From Octopus sinensis (lineage: Eukaryota): a stretch of 64,000 nt of DNA. The stretch is taken from positions 15,066,001 through 15,130,000 of the forward strand of contig NC_043018.1 of assembly GCF_006345805.1 (NCBI RefSeq). Reading direction: 5' to 3'. The position numbers and the translations under genes were made by a program. The notes below the pieces were generated by a model, which saw only the letters and a program-made list of their open reading frames with translations, was not told the origin of the DNA and made no database searches. Below are positions 51,920 through 64,000 of the stretch, one piece after another (the stretch's first letter is position 1; each line of letters begins with the position of its first letter).

Positions 51920-52149
51920 GGCGGCGAGCTGGCAGAAACGTTAGCACGCCGGGCGAAATGCTTTGCGGTATTTCGTCTGCGTTACGTTGTGAGTTCAAAT
52001 TCCGCCGAGGTCGACTTTGCCTTTCATCCTTTCGGGGTCGATAAATTAAGTACCAGTTACGCACTGGGGTCGATGTAATCGACTTAATACCTATGTCTGT
52101 CCTTGTTTGTCCCCTCTGTGTTTAGCCCCTTGTGGGTAATAAAGAAATA
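51920..52149 (+). mobile_element. SINE family A, full copy with 15-bp TSD
   Basis: TSD ggtatagtttttcat at 51902-51916 and 52150-52164. Confidence 0.9.
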
Positions 52150-52980
52150 GGTATAGTTTTTCATGTCAAATGCATTGCTTGTGATGGAGACTTTATTGAG
52201 TACTACCTTTGTATGGAGAAAGAGTTACTCTGCTGACAAGCAGAATTTGAATTACCTGTGTCAGTTAATTAAAAAATTATGTCCACTTTTGTATCACCTT
52301 CAGTTCAGACCTGTATTTGCTACTGTCATATTATGCAGTAATGACTGATGCTCTTGTAGTTGTTAATGGTGATGATGATGATGATGATGATTAAGAGAAG
52401 GAGGAATAAAGGAGAAAGAGGGGTAAAATAGGGAGAAGGTGCTGACTAATCCCACAGGTGCAAATTTGTATTAGAAAAAAAATAATACAATCAAAACAAC
52501 AACACAACAACAACAGCAGCAAAAAGGATTACAATTGGACAATGTGGCAAAAGTGTTCCAACCAGTTTTCTGAGTTGGTAGTGATTTTGTTAATGTTGTA
52601 TGAGGGGGGAATGGGGGTGGAGGGTGTCGGGTGGCCGAGGGTGGGTGCTGGGGTGGATGCAGAGAAAAAAAAGATGAGCAGCTGTAGGGAAGGCAATGAA
52701 AAGACCAGTTCCACACATCAATGGACGCACCAGAGCACTGAGAAGGTGATTGTGGTAATAGAGTCAGTCATAGATGGTGGTGGTGGTGGTGGTGGTGGGA
52801 GTGATCACGAGGGGGCAGCTAGAGGCCTTTATTTCACAGGACAGAAATAAGACCATCACTCCCCAAAAACCATCTGAGATCCACTAGCTGCACTTCCCTC
52901 CACATCTACCTCCAACTCCTGCCTCCTGCCTTTCACCTTTCTTACACTGACTGACCGCACAGTCATATATATATGTATAT

Positions 52981-53285
52981 GTGGAGGCGCAATGGCCCAG
53001 TGGTTAGGGCAGCAGACTTGCGGTCGTAGGATCGCGGTTTCGATTTCCAGACCAGGCGTTGTGAGTGTTTATTGAGCGAAAACACCTAAAGCTCCATGAG
53101 GCTCCAGCAGGGGTGTTGGCGATCCCTGCTGTACTCTTTCACCACAACTTTCTCTCACTCTTTCTTCTGTTGGCCTGCTCGCTTAGCCAGCAGGGTGGCG
53201 TCATTTGAAGGCTAAAACAATGCAAAAAGCGCATTGTGACCAGCGATGTGTAGCAACATCTGATACCCTGGTCAGTCATGGTGAT
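52981..53285 (+). mobile_element. tRNA-derived SINE family E (tail type 1)
   Basis: A-box tggcccagtggtt and B-box ggtttcgatttcc in the head gtggaggcgcaatggcccagtgg. Confidence 0.8.
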
Positions 53286-53394
53286 ATATATATATATAGA
53301 GAGAGAGAGAGAGCATGAATAGGCAGATGTTCAGAAAAAAATTGATGTATAAAGCCTCTACTAAGGGTTTATGTTTGCGTACGTATATCAAATG

Positions 53395-53725
53395 TGAAGG
53401 CACGTGGCTCAGTGGTTAGAGCGTCAGGCTCAAAATCATGAGGTAGTGTGTTCAATTCCCGGACCGGGCTGTGTGTTGTGTTCTTGAGCAAGACACTTTA
53501 TTTCACGTTGCTCCAGTTCGTTCAGTTGTAGAAATGAGTTGCAGCGTCACTGGTGCCAAGCTGTATCGGCCCCTTTGCCTTTCCTTGGGTAACATCAGTG
53601 GCATGGAGAGAGGAGGCTAGTATGCATGGGTGACTGCTGGTCTTCCATAAACAACCTTGCCCAGACTTGTGCCTCAGAGGGGAACTATGTGCAATGCCAT
53701 GATCATTCGTGACCGAAGGGGGTCC
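53395..53725 (+). mobile_element. tRNA-derived SINE family D
   Basis: A-box tggctcagtggtt, B-box gttcaattcc, and core gtgttcttgagcaagacactt. Confidence 0.8.
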
Positions 53726-53968
53726 TTTTATGTATACACATATCGTTGTTGTTGTCATCATCATTGTTTAATGTCTGCTTTTGTATGCTTGCGTGGGTCA
53801 GATGGAATTTGATGAGGCAGAATTTCTGGAGCTTTCTGTTACCAAGCCTCACCTGTTTACAAGCAGAGTAATATTTGCCTGTTTTTGGTAGATTGGATAT
53901 GAAGACTCAATTTGTATGGCAACGACACTCATCTACAATTCTCATGCAATGTCAACACATAGATACAA

Positions 53969-54007
<39 letters not shown>

Positions 54008-54832
54008 CAAAACGCCCCTCGTCCAATGGACGGTGCTCAGTTGTCAAACATTTAAACCGACTTTTCTCAAAACAACTTGTCCGACCGTCCCATAGGCCCC
54101 CTCCTTTGAGAAACACTGATTTAACCTAAATTTGAGACACCAGCAAAAGAAAAAATAAAGATAGACTTTTTTGCTATTCCAAAGAAAAACGATTTTATTC
54201 ACACAAATATGCAACCGAAGAGTTTAAAGTACCAGTAATGTACCAGGCTGTTGACTGGGAGAACACAAACATGGTTTAAACAGTAAGCTTGGCAGGAAAG
54301 AAACGTGCCTTTAAGCAGTACAAAAACAAGAAAAAATGGAAGGTGCAGTTATGTACAGGTTGACGGAAGAAAAGCAGGACAAAAACGATGCCTGCAAATG
54401 GGTTAGCTGGAGGTAAATCTAGATGGAAAAGCATGATGAATTTATGAGAATGTACCTGGGATAATAATAAGTTTATCCGATAAAACATGTAGGAAATCAG
54501 CATGGGGCATTTTTTGATGAAAAGCAATGACCTAGGGAACTAAGTAACTAATTTTAAGCTAACTTACTTTACGGGATGTTCAAGGGCATGGAAAAGCTAG
54601 CAGCAACAGCTGATGTACGTGTGCATACAAATGCACGTTCCCATGGCTTTATCGATTGCATTCTCACCTGGAATCGATTTTTGTAATTTTTTCAAGACTT
54701 AAAAACGCCGATACCGTCGGTATCTACATATCAAATTTGAGCACAATTGGATGGAGGATGCCTGAGATCCTTGAAGACACACACACAGACAGACAGAGCG
54801 GATTTTATATAATATATATATATATTTTTTTT

Positions 54833-55227
54833 TTTTACTTGTTTCAGTCATTTGACTGCGGCCATGCTGGAGCACCGCCTTTAGTCGAGCAAATCGACCC
54901 CGGGACTTATTCTTTGTAAGCCCAGTACTTATTCTATCGGTCTCTTTTGCCGAACCGCTAAGTGACGGGGACGTAAACACACCAGCATCGGTTGTCAAGC
55001 AATGCTAGGGGGACAAACACAGACACACAAACACACACACACATACATACATATATATATATATATACATATATACGACACGCTTGTTTCCATCTACCAA
55101 ATCCACTCACAAGGCTTTGGTCGGCCCGGGGCTATAGCAGAAGACACTTGCCCAAGATGCCACGCAGTGGGACAGAACCTGGAACCATGTGGTTGGTTAG
55201 CAAGCTACTTACCACACAGCCACTCCT
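54833..55227 (-). mobile_element. SINE family B, young subfamily
   Basis: Collinear with 41122-41513. Confidence 0.9.
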
Positions 55228-55334
55228 GCGCCTATATATAATACAAAAAGCAAAAGACAAAAGCAGGTGAGAGAACAACAAGGTGTATTAGTTTGATGCT
55301 CAGGAGGAATAAAAGCTTTTGCCATTTCCAGACT

Positions 55335-56130
55335 ATACATGTGATCATTTATCTAGTAGTTAGTGACTTCAGGATCAGGGCTGAATGGATGACCAGAAGA
55401 CGACCAGCATGGAGAAGAAGGGTCTGAAAGCTTAAGGATCCTGAAAATGGACAGAGATTTAGGAATGTATTACTCAAAGCTTATGATGAAATAAAGGAGG
55501 ATATGGCATCACATGATGTGGAAGACAACTGGAGTTTCCTACGGGACAACCTGTTGAGGGCTACTGACCAGATCTGTGGATGGTGCAAAGTCCCCTCTTG
55601 ACCCAAGGTAACGTGTCGGTGGAACAATGTAGTTGACAGGGCCATTAGGGAAAGAAGGACTGGAAGAACAGTTGTAGCAAGGAACTGCCAAAAGGGAAGC
55701 TAGGAGACAGGTTTACTTAGCCAGAGAGGAAGCAGATAAGAAAAAATTTGCCAATGTTCTGCACCATGAGGACTAAAGACTCAAAGTGTTTAGTGTTACA
55801 AGACAGTGTGTGTGAGAGGATTGTGATGTCATAGAGAAATATGTCTGCATGGATGATGGTTCACTTGCATTTAATGATGCTGCAAGAAGAGAGACTTGGA
55901 GACGCCACTATAAAAAGTTGCTAAACGAAGAGAGTCTGCTGAATGTCGACCCAACAGAGGGACCAGTTATCCGAATTGACAGTACCTTGATAGATAAAGC
56001 AATTAAGAGTATGAAGACAGGGAAAGCCCTCGGCCCATCAGGAATCACCGCAGAGATGCTTAAAATATCTAGCGGTGTTGACTATAGTCTAGTCACCTGT
56101 CTAGTCAATCAAGTGATACATGAAGAAGTC
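55335..56130 (+). mobile_element. Decayed RTE-clade LINE fragment (pre-RT)
   Basis: DVEDNWSFLRDNLLRATDQICGW, WNNVVDRAIRE, IDKAIKSMKTGKALGPSGITAEMLK. Confidence 0.85.
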
Positions 56131-56149
56131 CAAGGGAGGCTACTGTCCT

Positions 56150-56710
56150 ATCAATGTTACTAGCATTCTTTAGCCGGCAGTACATGTACTCATGCAAGAC
56201 TTTCCACTGGTATGATGAGTATTTCTCTTCCAAGCCTCTGTTTAAGGAAGTCAGTCCAGCCAATCATGATTCACATAGAACAACTATGCCTTCAGCGTAC
56301 TTGGTCAGCACTTCTTATCTAATCTCATGATGCTATTACTTTCACTTTTGAGTATATGTGTGATGTATTAATTTCTTTCTTTATTGTTTAGATGTTGTCT
56401 AAGTGACACAAGGCAGACAGCTCTGACTTCCACATCCTCTGATGTCTGCTGATGCATTCTTTTGTCACTCATGCTTTATTTACAGTATCAAAATATGTAA
56501 TATTCTTGTCAATACCATGTGATACTGGTAACATTCATCTGTGGTGATGGGAGAGAGAGACAGGCTATTGATATCCATATTCCTTGCCTGGTCAACAAAC
56601 TTTCCTTATCTGAACACTTCTCCTGACCAAACTCCATTCCTATGTCCCATGAAAATGTTGTGACCAGGTGTAACTGTCTCTCAGCATCATGAATACTGCA
56701 CAAACAGCAA
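56150..56710 (-). mobile_element. Decayed R4/Dong-like RT fragment
   Basis: ERQLHLVTTFSWDIGMEFGQEKC resembles the FS.DIGMEFGL.KC motif that follows the YxDD region in RLE-type elements. Confidence 0.6.
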
Positions 56711-56779
56711 GAAAATTGAGATGTTGTGGGAGAGAAATGTGTGCAGAAGGACAAAGAAGGAGGCTTAGAAGTGCTAGAA

Positions 56780-59135
56780 TGAAACGTTATTAAATGTGGC
56801 GAATGCATGGGAGAAAGAGAGTTTCCCTAATGTAAACCTGACAAAGTTTCCAGCCACTCACGTTGGAGGTAGTGCTATAGATAAAGTGATTAAGAAAATG
56901 AAGACAGGGAAAGCCCCTGGTCCACCAGGAATTACTTCTGAAATGCTTAAAATATCTGGCTGTGTAGGATATGGTGAAGTTACTCATAGAATTAATCAGG
57001 TTGTACAGGAAGGCATGATGCCCAGTGACTGTGATAAAAGCATCATAGTCAACGCTTACAAGGGTAAAGGAGATGCCATAGAAAGAAGTAATGGTAGAGG
57101 TATCAAAATTACTGGACCAGGTTATGAAAGTCACAGAAAGAATCATAACCCAGTTAATTAGAAAGAGAGTTAACCTAGATGAGATGCAGTTTGGTTTTGT
57201 GTCAGGGAAAAGTACCAACTGATGCCCCCTTTTATAGCTCACCAACTACAGAAGTATTTAGCAAAAATAAACCACTGTACTTAGTATTCATTGAGCTGGA
57301 GAAAGCCTTTCGCAGGGTGCCTCAATTCTTCACCTGGTGGTTACTGTGAAAACCAAGAGTAAATGAATGGCCCTAGCGAGGGCCATTCAAGCCATATAAA
57401 GGGATGCTGTTAGCAAAATGTGAGGTAACAATGAGTAAGGTGATGAAATTAGTGTGCAGGTAGATGTTCATCAAGGTTTGGTTATCATTCCCCTCATATT
57501 TATCACAATCCTCCAGGACATAATGGAAGAATTTAAGATCAGTTGCCCACAGGAGCTCCACTATGGTGATGACCTTGTTTTTATAACTGAAAGTGTATAA
57601 AAATTAGAATTAAAATGGCAGGTGTAGAAACAAAACTTGGAATCGAAGGGTCTTTAGCAAGAATTAGCAAGAAGACAATCAGAAACACTAAACCATTCTT
57701 TCAAGTAAATTGCCTTGTTTCATATGTAGACAAGGTGTAGGTACAAATTCTATACAGAGTGGCTTAGTGCAAACTATGGACACACTAGAGGTGCAGTGAA
57801 ATTACAGAAGGTTAACAGAGAAAGTAGAATTTGTTTGTGGCAGATGTGTAGGAGCAATAAATAAGGGTACATGCAGGTGGCACGTAAAAAGCACCCACTA
57901 CACTCATGGAGTGGTTGGCGTTAGGAAAGGCATCCAGCTGTAGAAACTCTGCCAGATCAAGATTGGAGCCTGGTGCAGCCTTCTGGCTTCCCAGATCCCC
58001 GGTCGAACCGTCTGACCCATGCTAGCATGGAGAACGGACGTTAAACGATGATGATGATGATGATGGGAAATAGATGTTCTGAAATGCTCAGGAGGCTCCT
58101 TAGAAGTAGCAGACAGTTTCAGTTATCTAGGGGACCTAATTAGCAGTGAGGAAGATCCTCTGAAAGTATAGTTGCTAGAATACGAATTGGTTGGAAGTTG
58201 AGAGAACTTTTACCTCTGTTGGTAACAAAAAGCCCTTTCTCTTAGAATGGAAAGCAGATTGTATAATGCCAGTGTGGAAGCACTCCGTCGGTTACGACGA
58301 TGAGGGTTCCGGTTGATCCGAATCAACGGAACAGCCTGCTCGTGAAATTAACGTGTAAGTGGCTGAGCACTCCACAGACACGTGCACCCTTAACGTAGTT
58401 CTCAGGGATATTCAGCGTGACACAGAGAGTGACAAGGCCGGCCCCTTGAAATACAGGTACAACAGAAACAGGAAGTAAGAGTGGAGTGAGAGAAAGTTGA
58501 GGCGAAAGAGTACAACAGGGGTTGCCACCACCCCCTGCCGGAGCCTCGTGGAGCTTTAGGTGTTTTCGCTCAATAAACACACACAACGCCCAGTTTGGGA
58601 ATCGAAACCGCGATCCTCCGACCGCGAGTCTGCTGCTCTAACCACTGGGCCATTGCGCCTCCACTAATGCCGGTGTACGAACAACAATGCTACTTGGCTG
58701 TGAAACTTGGGCTGTGAATGCAGCATACAGGTTGAAGACTTGAATGAAGTGGAACAAGTAAGCTCTGATGAATGTGCAATGTCGTCAGCATGCAAGCATG
58801 ACAAAGCGCACTTAAACATTGGGCCTAAGTTATCAGATACGGTGTGCAGGAGGGAAAACTGTGCAAATAGGATCATGTGATGCGGATGCAATGAAGACAG
58901 CTGTATAAAGAAATGCTGATCACTGAATGTGGAAAGAACATACAGAAGAAGTACACTTAGGAAGACATGAGATGAAGTGGTGAAGAGTGACTTCAAGATG
59001 TTCAACCTCTCAGAGGAAATGACAGGAGACTGACCAGACTGGAGCCTGGTGCAGCCGCTGGCTCTCCAGACCTCAGTCAAACCGTCCAACCCATGCCAGC
59101 ATGGAAAACAGACGTTAATCGATGATGATGATGAT
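56780..59135 (+). mobile_element. Decayed RTE-clade LINE (RT to 3' end), interrupted by two short elements
   Basis: KMKTGKAPGPPGITSEMLK, LDEMQFGFVSGKST, VFIELEKAF, YGDDL, FSYLGDLISS, and a (GAT)n tail. Confidence 0.85.
58276..58664 (-). mobile_element. SINE family E (tail type 2) inserted into the RTE, with 12-bp TSD
   Basis: TSD taatgcc(a/g)gtgt at 58264-58275 and 58665-58676. Confidence 0.9.
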
Positions 59136-59344
59136 ACATATATATATATACACACATGTGTGTCTGTGTTTGTCCTCCCACCGATGTTGGTCTGTTTACA
59201 TCTCCATAACTTAGCCATTCAGCAAAACAGACCGATAGAATAAGTACTAGACTTACAAAGAATAAGTCCTTATGTTGATTTGTTTGACTAAAGGCAGTGC
59301 TCCAGCATGGCCACAGTTAAATGACTAAAACAAGTAAAAAAAAT

Positions 59345-59385
<41 letters not shown>

Positions 59386-59872
59386 CATGTATATACAAAC
59401 ATATATAAATTGGGTCATCCCATAAATAATGTGGGGGTTTTTTTTAATTGCATGAACTAAAAGTCAAAAGGTGATGGGATAAACTACCTGCATCAACTTG
59501 CTATAAAAGAAGGCAGTAAATTTACCTTGTTCTTATTCTTAGTGCAAGTTCTGAAGAGTTCGATTTTAACAGTTATTATTTCAATCCATAACATTACATG
59601 ACATGTCAGATTAATCAGAGGGGGAGACTGTTGAGAAAAGTATTTTGATATTTGGTGGATGAAAATTGAGCAGAAGTCCATCGAAGGAACCATAAATGGT
59701 CTTGGATGTGAAATTTCTATCAGTTGTGTGATTTAACACAACTACTTGGCCCTTGAGTGTAAACTAGGTTTTAGGCATTTGGTTAGGTCTTTGGTGCGAA
59801 GAATTCCTCACACTTGTCTTGGAAAGAATGGTTACGGCCCTTCTTCCTCAAAGTGATATGAGAATATATATC

Positions 59873-60284
59873 AGGAGTGGCTGTGTGGTAAGTAGCTTGC
59901 TAACCAACCACATGGTTCCGGGTTCAGTCCCACTGCGTGGCATCTTGGGCAAGTGTCTTCTGCTATAGCCCCGGGCCGACCAATGCCTTGTGAGTGGATT
60001 TGGTAGACGGAAACTGAAAGAAGCCTGTCGTATATATGTATATATATATATATATGTGTATGTGTGTTTGTGTGTCTGTGTTTGTCCCCCTAGCATTGCT
60101 TGACGACCGATGCTGGTGTGTTTACGTCCCCGTCTCTTAGCGGTTCGGCAAAAGAGACCGATAGAATAAGTACTGGGCTTACAAAGAATAAGTCCTGGGG
60201 TCGATTTGTTCGACTAAAGGCGGTGCTCCAGCATGGCCGCAGTCAAAATGATTGAAACAAGTAAAAGAGTAAAAGAGTAAAGAG
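59873..60284 (+). mobile_element. SINE family B, young subfamily, full length
   Basis: Head aggagtggctgtgtggtaagtagc...gggttcagtccc, with tail gtaaaagagtaaaagag. Confidence 0.9.
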
Positions 60285-61940
60285 TATATATTAATAAAAG
60301 GAATTCTAATCTTGTCTGATTTTCATGTTTTATTTACAATCTTATAATGATATAATATAATATAATATAATGGAATAAAATAAAATAATAGAATGTTAAA
60401 TGTTCATTCTGATTGAACTAGTACTTTCATGCATTAAATTCTGCAATCTTCAGGTTCATGTAGTAGTGGTGACAGTCATGCTTCACAATTTGTGACTGTA
60501 GCGAGATGATTGAATCTGTGCCTTAAATACAGCTGTGTAGGCTCCGGATTGCTAGGTTTTGCAAACTGTATTCTGACCAATCAGTGTGTAGTATCACTCA
60601 ATTACTTAAGCTGATATATATATATATATATGTAAATGTTTGCAATTTAAATAAACTTGTAAAAGGGAAATATGCATAATTTATGAATGAACCCTTGCTA
60701 TGAGATAATGCATGATTAATTCAAAACAATATAAATAAATAAGCATTACACTGTGTAACTGCTTTTAAATAGTTTTATCTAAAATATGTGTGTCTGTTGT
60801 TACTATTAAATATCATCTTCATCATTGTTGTATCTTATCCAGAAATTTCTTTCTTTGTGGGAAGGGGTGGATTTCATTTTGCTAGGCATCCGTGCTAGTG
60901 GAGTGCTAAGGGTACCATACAAGCGTGATCATTGCCAGAGCAACAAGCTGGCCTCCATGATGGTGGCACGTAAAGAACACCATTTGAGTGTGATCTATAC
61001 CAGTGTCGCCTTACTGGGCACTTGTGCTGGTGGCACATGAAAAATCATTCAAGCGAGATTGTTGCCAGTGCCGCTGGACTGGCTCCTGTGCAGGTGGCAC
61101 ATAAAAAGCACCATTTGGGCGTGGCCGTTGCCGGTACCATCTGACTGGCCCTCGTGCTGGTGGCATGTAAAAGCACCCATTACACTCTCAGAGTGGTTGG
61201 CGTTAGGAAGGTCATCCAGCTGTAGAAACTCTGCCAGATCAGACTGGAGTCTGGTGCAGCCATCTGGTTTGCCAGACCTCAGTCAAATAGTCCAACCCAT
61301 GCCAGCATGGAAAGCAGACGTTAAACGATGATGATGATGATGATAAATTGTCAAATAATCTGAATGGTAAAAGATTAAAGGTAGTGAACAAACAGAAGGT
61401 GGTTGGATATTTGAGATGACAACCAATGTGACTGCAGATGCATCAGAAATGTGGTGTGAGCGAGTGCATGTATGGACGATAGCCGTTGATTGAAAATATT
61501 GACATCTGCCATCAGCAAAAGAAGCAAGCAGGAACCGTAAAATGGTGGGAATCTCAGGATTTTGAGTTTCACATACATAAGACAGAAAGAAAGTGGCATA
61601 GAAATAGAGAGATATGTGAGAATATGTCTACAGTTCATACGCATCTCATCATTCCAGCAGGTTGAAACCACGATCGTGATGATGACAATGATAGCGATAA
61701 CGACGAAGATGGTGACCGAGGAGGAAGCAATGATGAATATTTTGGAAAATATCATAATGGAGATTATATATTATTTCATAATGCCAAGTATTTTTGTTAA
61801 ACTCCTTTTAATTTCTGAATTCAAATCTGGTCTAAGTTCATTTTATCTTTCATCTTTCTAACGCTAACATTGGTTAATTTAAATATTTCATGATCTGACT
61901 GAGCAGTTTTTTTCCCCTTCAAAACAGTTTATGAATCCTT

Positions 61941-61943
<3 letters not shown>

Positions 61944-62009
<66 letters not shown>

Positions 62010-62036
62010 CATAATAATAATCATAATAATAATAAC

Positions 62037-62088
<52 letters not shown>

Positions 62089-62612
62089 GCCCTAGTGCAG
62101 TACCAGGCAGTGGCTCTCGTGGCTTCTGATCTTAACTGATTGGAAGTGTTATCATGTACGTTGGTTTGTCTTGGTATAAAAGATGGCCTACAGCAAATAT
62201 TCTGCTCAGTACCACAAATTTGCTTGTCACTTGTTTGACATTAACCAGTTAAGCATGTCCCTTAGTGGCTGACGATATGTGCATCTCTGATCACGAGCAG
62301 AAGTAGTGGGGGAGCATCATAGCCATGTGTTGGGAGGGATTCTTTGGGGTTTGAATAATTCACCTCTGGAAACATGGGTGGTTCTTTCAACATCCTTAAA
62401 CAACCCTTATTCAGGGACCATTTGAACGGGAATTTTCTTCTCGACCAGAAGAAAATTCTAACTGGGCCCCACCTGCAAGGTCATGTGCTGTTTATCTTGA
62501 TATAAGATCACCATGTCGTGCACATATGGTTGTGATGCATGTACCTAGTGTACCCTTATCCGACGGGTAGTCATGATGGGCATACTGGGCTGCTGCTATA
62601 GCTTCAGGCCGA
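61944..62612 (+). mobile_element. (TAA)n tract followed by the longest family F copy
   Basis: ~140 bp of (TAA)n, then ~525 bp whose 3' part matches the shorter family F copies. Confidence 0.7.
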
Positions 62613-63384
62613 CCAAAGCCTTGTGAGTGAATATAGTAGATGGAAACTGAAAGCCTGTCGTATATATGTATATATATATATATATATGTATCGTGGCCGT
62701 TGCCAGCCTTGCCTGGCCTCTGTGCCAGTGGCACGTAAAAAGCACTATCCAATCGTGGCCGTTTGCCAGCCTCATCTGGCACGTAAAAAGCACCCACTAC
62801 ACTCATGGAGTGGTTGGCATTAGGAAGGGCATCCAGCTGTAGAAACATTGCCAGATCAGACTGGGCCTGGTGCAGCCTTCTGGCTTCCCCAGTTGAACCG
62901 TCCAACCCATACCAGCATGGAAAGCGGACGCTAAACGATGATGATGATGATGTATGTGTGTGTGTATATGTTTGAGTGTCTGTGTTTGTCCAACACCGCT
63001 TGACAACTGATGGTGGTGTGTTTACATCCCTGTAACTTAGCAGTTCGGCAAAAGAGACTGATAGAATAACTACTGTCCACAGTCAAATGACTGAAACAAG
63101 TAAAAGAATATTGTATACTTGAAAAGACATCCTTTACCTTACTCTCCTTTATTAGACTCACTCACTCTATCACTTCTGCTTTTATTCTCTTAGTCTTTCT
63201 TTCATCTCTCCCTATATTTCACTATCTGTTTGCTCAACAAACTGGCTATCTCTCTTTCTCTTTCCCCACTTATCTATATCTTCAATAATTTGTTTCCCTG
63301 TCCATTTCCGCCCCCCCCCCCCGGCTAGCATGGGTTGGACAATGTGTCATTGATGCACTGTTTACAACTCAATGCCCTGCTTTT

Positions 63385-63768
63385 CTCTTTTACTTGTTTC
63401 AGTCATTTGACTGTGGCCATGCTGGAGCACTGCCTTTAGTCGAGCAAATCAACCCCAGGACTTATTCTTTGTAAGCCTAGTACTTATTCTATCGGTCTCT
63501 TTTGCCGAACGGCTAAGTTACGGGGACGTAAACACGCCACCATCGGTTGTCAAGCGATGTTGGGGGGACAAACACAGACACACAAACATATATGTATATA
63601 TACATATACACGACGGGCTTCTTTCAGTTTCCGTCTACCAAATCCACTCACAAGGCTTTGGTCGGCCCGAAGCTATAGTAGAAGACACTTGCCCAAGGTG
63701 CCATGCAATGGGACTGAACCCGGAGCCATGTGGTTCGTAAGCAAACTACTTACCACACAGCCACTCCT
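63385..63768 (-). mobile_element. SINE family B
   Basis: Collinear with the other family B copies but lacks several of the young-subfamily variants. Confidence 0.88.
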
Positions 63769-64000
63769 ACGCCTTTTGCTAACTTTTACAAAATTTTCAA
63801 GTTACAGGTATATACACACGAACACAGATCCACAAATGTACTTTTTCCCTCCAAACCTGTACAAACCAACAGCCTCCTCATACACAGGAAACAGACAAAC
63901 AGACACAGTTGAACACACATTTTGTAAACATATGGCTAACAAAGAAAATAATAACTCTCACCAGGAGCCCCCCCAAACCACTGGTTACAATCTCTCTCCT

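Noticed and set aside
52981-53060. tRNA-like sequences with A and B boxes (also at 53395, 59873 and 51920)
   Set aside because: They continue into repeated SINE bodies and lack a complete cloverleaf, so they are SINE heads rather than tRNA genes.
60445-60500. Possible plus-strand terminal exon (ttcag|GT TCA TGT... SCSSGDSHASQFVTVAR*)
   Set aside because: No upstream exons were found; the nearby plus-strand ORFs are LINE shadows.

Overview
AT-rich, repeat-dense eukaryotic DNA with one 100-N gap. The SINE families and microsatellite load suggest an octopus-like cephalopod genome (inference). One protein-coding gene is well supported: a minus-strand BTB-BACK gene of the BTBD17-like family. Its three internal/terminal exons (31652-31403, 30537-30439, 29033-27938) splice in frame with canonical GT-AG sites. 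A probable first exon lies about 17 kb upstream (ATG at 48899). That exon has two candidate donors. One gives an MGN-/polybasic N-terminus on the full BTB protein. The other gives a hydrophobic signal/anchor N-terminus that is in frame only with exon 3, and exon 2 begins with a recursive-splice-like AG|GTAATT motif. The rest of the window is retroelements (several tRNA-derived SINE families; RTE, CR1/L2, Tx1/L1, R4/Dong and Penelope-like fragments), a hAT MITE, fold-back elements, a 1.7-kb tandem duplication and many microsatellites. Most ORFs in the supplied track are microsatellite or antisense artefacts. All calls were made by eye; repeat boundaries are approximate unless a TSD is quoted.
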